DNA of 64,000 nucleotides from a virus. The stretch spans positions 1 to 64,000 of IMG/VR virus record IMGVR_UViG_3300005529_000006; one strand, written 5' to 3'. This document shows, piece by piece, positions 1 to 6,721 of the stretch; positions within the stretch are counted from its first letter, which is position 1, and each line of letters begins with the position of its first letter. The notes under the pieces are model-generated. The model was not told where the DNA came from. It did not search any database and saw only the letters and a list, made by a program, of their open reading frames with translations. The translations under genes and the position numbers were made by a program.

Positions 1-120
1 GACTGAGTATTCAACCTCTACCAGATTATAGGCAAGAGAACTATTGTTCTTGGCAATCCGCGTAATAGTCCCTTGCTTCTGTGGCTTCCACACGTCACAA
101 GTATCGACCAGCACCCTCAT
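1..120 (-). CDS. hypothetical protein, N-terminal 40 aa only (gene runs leftward out of the window)
   Basis: ATG at 118-120 on minus strand overlaps the TGA stop of the upstream micro-ORF (ATGA). The open frame MRVLVDTCDVWKPQKQGTITRIAKNNSSLAYNLVEVEYSV continues to position 1. Confidence 0.3.
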   Translation of the reverse strand, partial: MRVLVDTCDVWKPQKQGTITRIAKNNSSLAYNLVEVEYSV

Positions 121-230
121 TCCGACACTAAATTGCATACTTGCCCCCTGATTGGCTGCACATCGCCACACATCACACAGAAGTATGCGCGTATGGTGTG
201 CTGATAAACGTAGCAATGTTTACAGTTCAT
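117..230 (-). CDS. 37-aa Cys4 zinc-ribbon micro-protein (MNCKHCYVYQHTIRAYFCVMCGDVQPIRGQVCNLVSE)
   Basis: Hand translation; below the 60-aa cutoff of the ORF track. Its ATG overlaps the stop of the 227..538 gene as ATGA, and it has two CxxC pairs. Confidence 0.35.
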   Translation of the reverse strand: MNCKHCYVYQHTIRAYFCVMCGDVQPIRGQVCNLVSE

Positions 231-538
231 TTGTTTTCTCCACAACTACACAGTCCAGTTTCAACGATCTTGCAACCGGGCTTATGTAAGCCCCTACGGA
301 CATCAATCACCCCGAGCAAATACCACATGTCCTTGTCCCGCTCGTCCCACTCCCCGTTGGCATAGCGTTCATCAAGAGCCTTGCGGATTTCTTCTATGCG
401 GGGGGACAGGAGGGGATCGGTGTACATGTTTTGCGCGAGTGTCGCCACCAACGGACCTGAGTTGTAGTACGAGATAGACATGGCAGGCGAGGCGGTAAGC
501 ATACCCCCGAAAGTCTCGAACAGATTATTTATAGCCAT
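227..538 (-). CDS. hypothetical protein (103 aa)
   Basis: ORF packed in the minus-strand operon; 14-nt overlap with the upstream Sak4-like gene. Confidence 0.45.
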   Translation of the reverse strand: MAINNLFETFGGMLTASPAMSISYYNSGPLVATLAQNMYTDPLLSPRIEEIRKALDERYANGEWDERDKDMWYLLGVIDVRRGLHKPGCKIVETGLCSCGENK

Positions 539-1346
539 CTAAAATCTTCTCCAACATGTACTTAAACCCCCCTTTGCTGCGCGAGATGTCCTTCTCGTCC
601 AGCTCGAAGATCTCCTCCCTATCGAGTAGCGCCTTGCCTCTGCCGTTGTTTGCCCGGCACTTGGCGATCACCCCCGGCTCCCGATCGGTCAAAAAATATC
701 TTTGGTTGTACCGACTTTTCGGGTCGGACGGGTTCCTTAAAACGGGTCGAGTCCGCATCCTTAATACAAAATCAAAAAGGGCGGGCGCTTCGGTGAACAT
801 TTGACCCGCCAAATTCGGGCCAAAAAGACTCTCCGTCCCCGGAGGATCATTCTCATTCGGACGATCCCACTTCTCCGTCGCGGTGACGATGATGTGAGAC
901 TCCGGATGAGACACCAGAAGTTTGTTCAGCAAGGTAGCTGTAAGGCTCCCGATTACCCCGAAGTCATCCAACTCCGGGACACCCATCTTCCGCTTGGGAC
1001 TCTCCCCTTTGGTGCGGGGAATAGAGAGGGCAGCATCCTTAATAAAGGTCTTGGCCATGGCAGACAAGCTGTCGATGACCAGGATCTTCTTGTCCTTGAA
1101 AATTTTGCCTTCGCAGAACTCCGACAGGTCACTCAAAGAGGAAGGAACAATGTGGTCGTATCCCAAGTGGGCAATAGTCAAAAGGCCATTGCCCACTCCC
1201 GTTTCGCAAGCAGCAATCCCAGTCTCTTCGACTGGACATGTTCCCACGAACTGCGTCTTGCCTGTGCCCGGCAGCCCATAGAGCAGCATCACCAGGCGGA
1301 ATTTATTAGGATCGAGATATTGCTTTGTGTTTAGTACTTTTACCAA
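525..1346 (-). CDS. Sak4-like RecA-fold recombination ATPase (AAA_24 family)
   Basis: N-terminal Walker A LLYGLPGTGKTQF and Walker B-like KILVIDSL, about 270 aa; typical phage ssDNA-annealing/RecA-like ATPase architecture. Confidence 0.6.
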   Translation of the reverse strand: MVKVLNTKQYLDPNKFRLVMLLYGLPGTGKTQFVGTCPVEETGIAACETGVGNGLLTIAHLGYDHIVPSSLSDLSEFCEGKIFKDKKILVIDSLSAMAKTFIKDAALSIPRTKGESPKRKMGVPELDDFGVIGSLTATLLNKLLVSHPESHIIVTATEKWDRPNENDPPGTESLFGPNLAGQMFTEAPALFDFVLRMRTRPVLRNPSDPKSRYNQRYFLTDREPGVIAKCRANNGRGKALLDREEIFELDEKDISRSKGGFKYMLEKILDGYK

Positions 1347-1536
1347 CTGGACTCCATGTCAAAATGCTCTTGTCGGGAAACGCAAACTCCCCCGACACCT
1401 TGTAACTATGAAACGAATACAGCGTTGCACATGCCTTGCACTTCTTACGGGGAATTCCCTTACCCGTGTAGTGCGTGTGTTTGTGACACTTAAACCGTGC
1501 TTCCAACAGCATTTGTGTCCTCCAAGGGATAAGCAT
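1306..1536 (-). CDS. hypothetical small Cys/His-rich protein (start uncertain, possibly M9)
   Basis: ORF fills the gap between the Sak4-like gene and 1490..1687; CHKHTHYTGKGIPRKKCKAC. Confidence 0.25.
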   Translation of the reverse strand: MLIPWRTQMLLEARFKCHKHTHYTGKGIPRKKCKACATLYSFHSYKVSGEFAFPDKSILTWSPVGKSTKHKAISRS

Positions 1537-1687
1537 CCCATACTTCTATTTCACTACTGCTAACAACTCCCCGGTCGCCTTCCTCCAACATCTGTTCGGC
1601 GACCGTAATTGCCTCCTCCGAAGTGCGAGCATCAATCTGATACTCATGCATGGTGGAGACGCCGAGCGAAACCACGAACGTTGCCAT
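1490..1687 (-). CDS. hypothetical acidic protein (65 aa)
   Basis: ORF; stop abuts the start of the downstream nuclease gene. Confidence 0.4.
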   Translation of the reverse strand: MATFVVSLGVSTMHEYQIDARTSEEAITVAEQMLEEGDRGVVSSSEIEVWDAYPLEDTNAVGSTV

Positions 1688-1693
1688 CTGCGC

Positions 1694-2806
1694 TTATTTT
1701 CCTTTAATATAATTAGCGGCTCTGAGTAAGGCCGTTTGATTGTCTTTGAAGAAACCGAGCCCGCGATTGCAATAGTGACACAATAAACCTCTTACCCTCC
1801 CTGTTCCATGATCGTGATCTACAACCAGAGGTTTGCTTTCGAGACAAAGGGCGCATTTTCCCTCTTGCAAAGCCACAAGACTTTCATAATCAGAAAGGGA
1901 GATACCGTATTTTGTCTGGTAATCCCAATCGCGCTTTTTATCTTTGTTCTCTGCGTACCAAAGCTTGGTGCGAATGTTGCAACAGGTTTTACATTGACTG
2001 CCGGTGAACGAAGTTGTGGGTTGCCACATTCCACAACCGTTGCAAATGCGTCCTCCGCTCTCAAGCTCTTTAACTCTTTTGTGTAAAGCTAAAGCGCCCA
2101 AGAACGCTGCACGATCTTCGATATAATCTGTGCGCGTTCGCTCCAACACTTCAAACGCGCCATCTAGTTTGCCTAAGCGTATGATGTAACGACGTTGGAT
2201 TCTATCGTTTGTCTCTTCTTCATACGCATACTGATACGCCGCTGTTTGAAGGACGTACTCAGGGTGAAAGTTCTTTGAACTCTTCCAGTCAATGATGGCA
2301 GAGTAACCGTTAACGAGGGCACGTCCGTCCAATCTCCCGGCAAATCTGTGCCTTCGTGAATAAACAAGTCTTTCGTGCTCAACAAATGAGACTCCGTTCG
2401 CATTGACCCACTTGAGAGCAGAATCGAAACAGTTCCTAACTGGAGTACCTTCGGCGGGAAGAACAGGGTTCTCCCCCTTGAAGTAGGCTTCGATGAGCCT
2501 GTGTGCTTCTGTTCCAACATCGGCTGCCTCCTTTTTGATTTCCCGATGTGCACGCTTCGCGTGTTGATACACTTCCTCCAGATATACACTTGGGTAAGCT
2601 GTATCTGGCTGAATAGCCCCCTTCAAAATCTCCACGGTTTCCTTAACCGCCCATGGAATAAGTGCAGGCTTATTAAGGATTCCAAGTACACTTGTGACAG
2701 AGGGAATCTTGACACGATTCTCGTTGACGACAAGCGAATAACGGTGACGATCTGGGTCAAACTCCAGATGAACGTCACCGTTATAGAGTAGGAAGGATTC
2801 GATCAA
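1694..2806 (-). CDS. PD-(D/E)XK-type nuclease fused to a C-terminal endonuclease VII / HNH domain
   Basis: C-terminus CALCLESKPLVVDHDHGTGRVRGLLCHYCNRGLG matches the EndoVII HNH signature. The upstream part has the D...IDWK pattern and a Cys4 cluster like Cas4/RecB-type nucleases. It sits next to the Sak4-like gene. Confidence 0.6.
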   Translation of the reverse strand: MIESFLLYNGDVHLEFDPDRHRYSLVVNENRVKIPSVTSVLGILNKPALIPWAVKETVEILKGAIQPDTAYPSVYLEEVYQHAKRAHREIKKEAADVGTEAHRLIEAYFKGENPVLPAEGTPVRNCFDSALKWVNANGVSFVEHERLVYSRRHRFAGRLDGRALVNGYSAIIDWKSSKNFHPEYVLQTAAYQYAYEEETNDRIQRRYIIRLGKLDGAFEVLERTRTDYIEDRAAFLGALALHKRVKELESGGRICNGCGMWQPTTSFTGSQCKTCCNIRTKLWYAENKDKKRDWDYQTKYGISLSDYESLVALQEGKCALCLESKPLVVDHDHGTGRVRGLLCHYCNRGLGFFKDNQTALLRAANYIKGK

Positions 2807-2874
2807 ATATACGGTGCCCCCGTATTGAGCATAGCCGTGGACTGCACGCGATCCACCCGGCTTACTATGGGGGC

Positions 2875-3177
2875 CTAACTTTTATGCGGGACTTCTTCTT
2901 TTGACATATTCAACACGATCTCCGCCCTCTCATTTAGCAAATATGGCAGGTTAATCATGATGATCCCCAAAGAAGCAGCGATCATTTGTGCACGGGTCAG
3001 ACCCTGTTCCTGCATGAACTTCTCTGCTGCCTGTCCCTCTTTTGAAATGTCGAACGATGTGAACTCATCTTTCGCCAAGAGATGCAACGTCTCCTTAACA
3101 TCTTCGAGCGTAAAGCCTTGTACCTTATCGAGAATATCCCTAGCTATATCCCTATGCGACTTCATGTTTGGCTCCAA
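2875..3177 (-). CDS. hypothetical protein, paralog A of a tandem pair
   Basis: About 100 aa; shares the pattern ...IL.K..G..L.D......L....F.SFDIS... with the 3152..3457 product. Confidence 0.5.
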   Translation of the reverse strand: MEPNMKSHRDIARDILDKVQGFTLEDVKETLHLLAKDEFTSFDISKEGQAAEKFMQEQGLTRAQMIAASLGIIMINLPYLLNERAEIVLNMSKEEVPHKS

Positions 3178-3457
3178 TCATTGCTTGCACGATCTCCTTA
3201 TTGTCGATGACCGCAGTAGGCACGGTAGTGAAAGTCAAAGCCATAGCGATCATGGCAATTTGTGCAGATGTCAGCTTCTTATCGACCATCAGGTTGTGTA
3301 GCTCCTCTGCGATACCTGAAATATCAAAGGACAGCACGTCATCGCCCAAGATTTTCAACAAAATATCCCGGACGTTTTTAAGTTTTAATTCCGCCAAGAG
3401 ATCAAAGGTCTTGAAAACATCCCTGGTCTCCCTGTTTTCTATTCCACTCCAATCCAT
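3152..3457 (-). CDS. hypothetical protein, paralog B of a tandem pair
   Basis: About 100 aa, similar to the 2875..3177 product (LSFDISGIAEELHNLM vs TSFDISKEGQAAEKFM); GGAGGG RBS upstream. Confidence 0.5.
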   Translation of the reverse strand: MDWSGIENRETRDVFKTFDLLAELKLKNVRDILLKILGDDVLSFDISGIAEELHNLMVDKKLTSAQIAMIAMALTFTTVPTAVIDNKEIVQAMIGAKHEVA

Positions 3458-3469
3458 CTTTCCCTCCGT

Positions 3470-3488
3470 GAACCCCTTTTTAGGTAGG
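3470..3488 (+). repeat. 19-bp motif copy A (GAACCCCTTTTTAGGTAGG)
   Basis: Exact copy. On the minus strand it reads CCTACC-TAA-AAAGGGGTTC, with the TAA being the stop of 3480..3785; 13 nt upstream of the 3457 start. Confidence 0.8.
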
Positions 3489-3785
3489 ACACAGGCTTCG
3501 TCTTTGCTGCCACAAAGCGGCAGCAGAATAGAAGTGATAATCCTGCAATAAGGGGCCTATTCGCTTTCTCGGTTTTGAGCGACATCTACCTCTCTGATAC
3601 TCCCGTTTCATGTGACATGAGCGACAGACTGGCTCAACATCCAAGGGGTAGTCGTAACCAAGGTAGTGGTCGTAATCTCGCGCTCGACCGCCGCAGTCGG
3701 TGCAAGATAGCGATTTAGCTGGAGGGATCTTCCCTCGCTTTACGTAGTTCTTAATGCGCTCTCGCGCACGTAATTCCTTGGTCAT
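3480..3785 (-). CDS. zinc-finger protein (CTDCGG...CRSCH)
   Basis: ORF with Cys4 motif; ends ...CPT* inside the 19-bp motif. Confidence 0.45.
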   Translation of the reverse strand: MTKELRARERIKNYVKRGKIPPAKSLSCTDCGGRARDYDHYLGYDYPLDVEPVCRSCHMKREYQRGRCRSKPRKRIGPLLQDYHFYSAAALWQQRRSLCPT

Positions 3786-3947
3786 TCGACCTTTTCTGAA
3801 ACAGAGCGTAAGGGTATGGGGCTTGTTGGGATACGCCTACCACCGAGTCGTCAGGGGTCACGGACGTTGCTCGGATTTTCTATTCATCTCCCTCATCCTT
3901 GAATTGCGAACCCTTACACTCCATTTCAGAAAGGGCCGAAAGCCCTT

Positions 3948-4106
3948 TCACTTCTGTAACTCCCGAACGTTCTCACAGTATCCTTCATACATCAGGATGC
4001 TTTCTTCCTCTGCGAGCCGTCCGACATGAATCCCCCCACAATTTTCACATTCATACATTGTGAAGGGAGCTTTACTTAGTTTGTTGAGCTTATTCGCCAG
4101 GTTCAT
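3948..4106 (-). CDS. small zinc-ribbon protein (start taken at internal Met)
   Basis: C-terminal YECENCGGIHVGRLAEEESILMYEGYCEN; trimmed to avoid the overlap with 4130..4456. Confidence 0.3.
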   Translation of the reverse strand: MNLANKLNKLSKAPFTMYECENCGGIHVGRLAEEESILMYEGYCENVRELQK

Positions 4107-4129
4107 AGCGAACCACCAATCAGGAAGGT

Positions 4130-4456
4130 CTAACTTCTTCCTGCACTGGTTTCGCCTGAAGTCGTACTCTCTTTGCCTGAGGAGTTTGCTTCTCTGTCCC
4201 ATTGCTTTCCGATTTCTTGAATCTCTGCAATCGCGCCCCAAGGGATGGTAATGTCATCAATGGACGCACGGGAGTGCCCAATGGAAGTGGTGAGCACAAT
4301 GCCTTCTTTATTGGTCTGCACCACGTAACCGATGGACTGGATTTTCGCACAACCCCTCTGGAGCGTATCGTCGTATGTCCATCCAAACATGCTCTTGGAG
4401 TCATACCACCTGACTTGTACTGCCTTCCCAAAGGGATACTTTCTTGCCTTCGTCAT
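4130..4456 (-). CDS. hypothetical protein (108 aa)
   Basis: ORF preceded by AAGGAG-like RBS, a hairpin and a motif copy. Confidence 0.45.
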   Translation of the reverse strand: MTKARKYPFGKAVQVRWYDSKSMFGWTYDDTLQRGCAKIQSIGYVVQTNKEGIVLTTSIGHSRASIDDITIPWGAIAEIQEIGKQWDREANSSGKESTTSGETSAGRS

Positions 4457-4479
4457 CCGTCTCCTTATTAGATGAAACA

Positions 4480-4503
4480 GGGGGAGGTTTTATTTCCTCC
4501 CCC
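4480..4503 (-). terminator. GC-rich hairpin (GGGGGAGG-N8-CCTCCCCC) between two minus-strand genes
   Basis: Perfect 8-bp stem read directly; a weak U-tract follows on the minus strand. Possible attenuator or terminator. Confidence 0.35.
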
Positions 4504-4521
4504 AAATATGAATTCTGCGCA

Positions 4522-4540
4522 CCTACCTAAAAAGGGGTTC
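4522..4540 (-). repeat. 19-bp motif copy B (reads CCTACCTAAAAAGGGGTTC on plus)
   Basis: Exact copy; overlaps the TGA stop of 4539..4862. Confidence 0.8.
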
Positions 4541-4862
4541 AGAAGCTATATTGTTCTTCGTACTTCACCTTGAACATGAACTCGAAAGGTTTAACGGGTT
4601 GTTTTTCGTCAAACTTGACGATGAAGTCATCTGCCTTCTTCGGGGCGGAGAGAAAATATGTAACTCCGTCTAAAGTAATGGAGTAGTACCCGCCTCCAGA
4701 TATGTCCACGTTTATTTGTTCGGACGGCTTCAAATTGAGGATTCGTCCACACGCCCGAGCAATAGGACAATAAGAGCCATTGCCAACTTTTCCCTTGTCA
4801 ATATCCTCTTGCGTCACAACCACCTTGAACTTCTTTGGTACCGTTCGTTTGATTTTTGCCAT
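4539..4862 (-). CDS. hypothetical protein (107 aa)
   Basis: ORF; first gene after the 450-bp non-coding gap. Confidence 0.5.
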   Translation of the reverse strand: MAKIKRTVPKKFKVVVTQEDIDKGKVGNGSYCPIARACGRILNLKPSEQINVDISGGGYYSITLDGVTYFLSAPKKADDFIVKFDEKQPVKPFEFMFKVKYEEQYSF

Positions 4863-4976
4863 ATTTTCATCCTTTCACCAGTTCTACTGCCTTTTTGTGT
4901 CCCTCTTCCGCTTCTGTTTCTGGCGGCATCCAAGATGTAATTCATGTTGCGTTTCCCTTTATTCAAAAATTGGTGG

Positions 4977-5082
4977 GGCAGGAGTGGCTCACTCGCAGAC
5001 TGAGTACAACTAGAGTATCCGGGCTTATGGCCATGCCGGACTCGCCCTCATTCGTCCCTATGAGCTAAACCCCACTCCTGCA
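4977..5082. other. non-coding element closed by a 10-bp inverted repeat (GCAGGAGTGG ... CCACTCCTGC); contains the palindrome ATGGCCAT
   Basis: Read directly from the sequence; lies in the 4863-5318 gap with no ORF. Possible structured RNA or ori element. Confidence 0.35.
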
Positions 5083-5094
5083 CCGGGAGCGACC

Positions 5095-5350
5095 CGGCGA
5101 CCCATGTGTGGGCACAACATCACCCAAGTGGTCGATTCTGTCTCTCTCACTACCCCCCTGAACACCTAATTCCAACTTCGAGTGGGCACATCTTTACCCA
5201 GGTGGTAGAATCTGTCACTCTCTCTTTCCCCCTTAACCCCTTTAGAATCCTATAAATAAATAAACACCCAAAAAGAGAGAGACATATCTAACCACTTGGG
5301 CGTAGTTGTGCCTAAATTTCAGGACTTACCACTTGGGCAACTTGTGCCCG
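5095..5350. repeat. repeat cluster: two ~60-bp direct repeats starting GTGGGCACA(A), then two inverted partial copies (ACCACTTGGGC..TTGTGCC)
   Basis: Repeats at about 5108-5165, 5182-5240, 5291-5312 and 5328-5350. The same GGGCACAA core recurs at 56759-56950. Confidence 0.6.
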
Positions 5351-5561
5351 AATCTTGGTAATACTGACAATGATTGTTCCCTTCCGCGTCCAGTCCACCT
5401 CTTTCATTGAACCCGAAGTGTTCACATTCCTCCGGGATGAACTGTTCTCCAGTAGCTTGCAACCACACTTCGTTCATGACCACACCTAGGTGATGCTCCG
5501 TCCAAGAGTGGCCGCAAACACATATGCCCGAACATTCCGGCCCACTGTATCTAGGATTCAC
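5319..5561 (-). CDS. Cys/His-rich small protein, candidate anti-sigma or zinc-binding partner of the sigma factor
   Basis: Its start overlaps the sigma gene end by 11 nt; motif CSGICVCGHSWTEHH. Confidence 0.45.
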   Translation of the reverse strand: MNPRYSGPECSGICVCGHSWTEHHLGVVMNEVWLQATGEQFIPEECEHFGFNERGGLDAEGNNHCQYYQDSGTSCPSGKS

Positions 5562-6078
5562 GTCCCCTCCTCATCTTTTCCGCAATATCAAACCACTTCT
5601 TACACGCCCCACCCACAGTGATCCCCAACCTCTCTCCGATCTCCTCATGCGTGAGCCCTTCCAATCTCATCCTCACCACCAACTTCTCCTCATCATCCAA
5701 GACCTCCATTGCCTGCTCCAACTCCGCCTTTGCAAGCATGGCTCGGCCTTGTCTTTCCTCATCTCCTAATGTCTCCTCCAACGTGTCCACGGATATCTCA
5801 GGGTGCGTGATCTTCTCCCTCAAAGAGAGATTGCACATTTGCGTCACAATCGCCTGGAACCACGTACTAAACAGGCTCTCTCCCCTGAACGTATGGGCCT
5901 TATCAATTGCCTTCCACACGGCATCGGCCACAATATCCGGCCTATACTCCCCCAACTTCAACCAACAAACCGCGAACGCATGTCTGCGGAGGAGAGGAAT
6001 CAGCAAGTCCAACGCCGCTCGTTTCTCCTCCTCAGTCTGCGCACTCTGCCATAACGCGAACGCCTCATTCTCCTTCAT
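5551..6078 (-). CDS. ECF-type sigma-70 family RNA polymerase sigma factor
   Basis: Region 2 (DAVWKAIDKAHTFRGESLFSTWFQAIVTQMCNLSLRE) and region 4 HTH (LEGLTHEEIGERLGITVGGACKKWFDIAEKMR); 175 aa. Confidence 0.75.
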   Translation of the reverse strand: MKENEAFALWQSAQTEEEKRAALDLLIPLLRRHAFAVCWLKLGEYRPDIVADAVWKAIDKAHTFRGESLFSTWFQAIVTQMCNLSLREKITHPEISVDTLEETLGDEERQGRAMLAKAELEQAMEVLDDEEKLVVRMRLEGLTHEEIGERLGITVGGACKKWFDIAEKMRRGRES

Positions 6079-6415
6079 CTAACGGACTGTTCCTGTCCTC
6101 TTTCGGCTCCGTAATCACGATCTCCGTCTGTTTGACTTCGACCTCTGGAGCGAATCCAGCAGGTTTCCCCACCTTCTTTGTACGGATGATCCAAGCAATA
6201 TCCTCCATTTCATATAGACCCGGAGTCCGTTTGTCATCGTAGCTAGTACACTGACTCACCGGCCATTCAACGAAGTAAGGTTGCCACTCAGAGAGCTGAC
6301 CACACCTCACCAACTCTTGACTTGGAGTGACCCCCTTAACAATCGTCGCTTTCCTGCAAGTCCGGCACAGGCTTTCTCCGTCTGGTGCCGTCCCTCCAAC
6401 TACTTTTATGCGCAA
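6065..6415 (-). CDS. hypothetical protein (116 aa)
   Basis: ORF overlapping the sigma gene start by 14 nt. Confidence 0.45.
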   Translation of the reverse strand: MRIKVVGGTAPDGESLCRTCRKATIVKGVTPSQELVRCGQLSEWQPYFVEWPVSQCTSYDDKRTPGLYEMEDIAWIIRTKKVGKPAGFAPEVEVKQTEIVITEPKEDRNSPLDEGE

Positions 6416-6424
6416 AGTTCCCTC

Positions 6425-6658
6425 CTATGCGACTCCTACCCCTTGATAGGCCATGCTCCCCACTGCCACCTGTACCACCTCCTGCCCACAAGTCATACAC
6501 CTGACTGTAAGCACTCCAGTAGAGCTATACGCGACATCCAGCCCCGTACCGGGATGACACTTACTCGTAAGCAGCATCTCTTCATGCTTTCCACCACAGT
6601 GCGTACAGCCTTTGTCCAGCGACCCGTCCAAATCTTCACGAAACTTTATTTTTGCCAT
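6425..6658 (-). CDS. zinc-ribbon protein (CTHCGG...CMTCGQ)
   Basis: ORF with two CxxC pairs. Confidence 0.45.
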   Translation of the reverse strand: MAKIKFREDLDGSLDKGCTHCGGKHEEMLLTSKCHPGTGLDVAYSSTGVLTVRCMTCGQEVVQVAVGSMAYQGVGVA

Positions 6659-6721
6659 GTCTTATCCTTTCCCTGAGGAATCCAATCAAAATTGCTAGGC
6701 CCAAAATAATGAGCCCAATCT

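Noticed and set aside
141-365. 74-aa plus-strand ORF at the left edge
   Set aside because: Antisense to a tightly coupled minus-strand operon, with no start context; likely a shadow ORF.
801-1334. Long plus-strand ORFs antisense to early genes (801..1334, 6959..7621, 8796..9665, 10639..11319)
   Set aside because: Shadow ORFs in moderately GC-rich DNA. They are Arg/Pro/His-rich, overlap well-supported domain-bearing genes on the other strand, and have no coupling signals.
4977-5082. tRNA or tmRNA
   Set aside because: The enclosed region is far too long for a tRNA and lacks recognisable D or T-psi-C loop consensus. I found no convincing tRNA anywhere by eye, but a proper scan (tRNAscan-SE, Aragorn) is needed.
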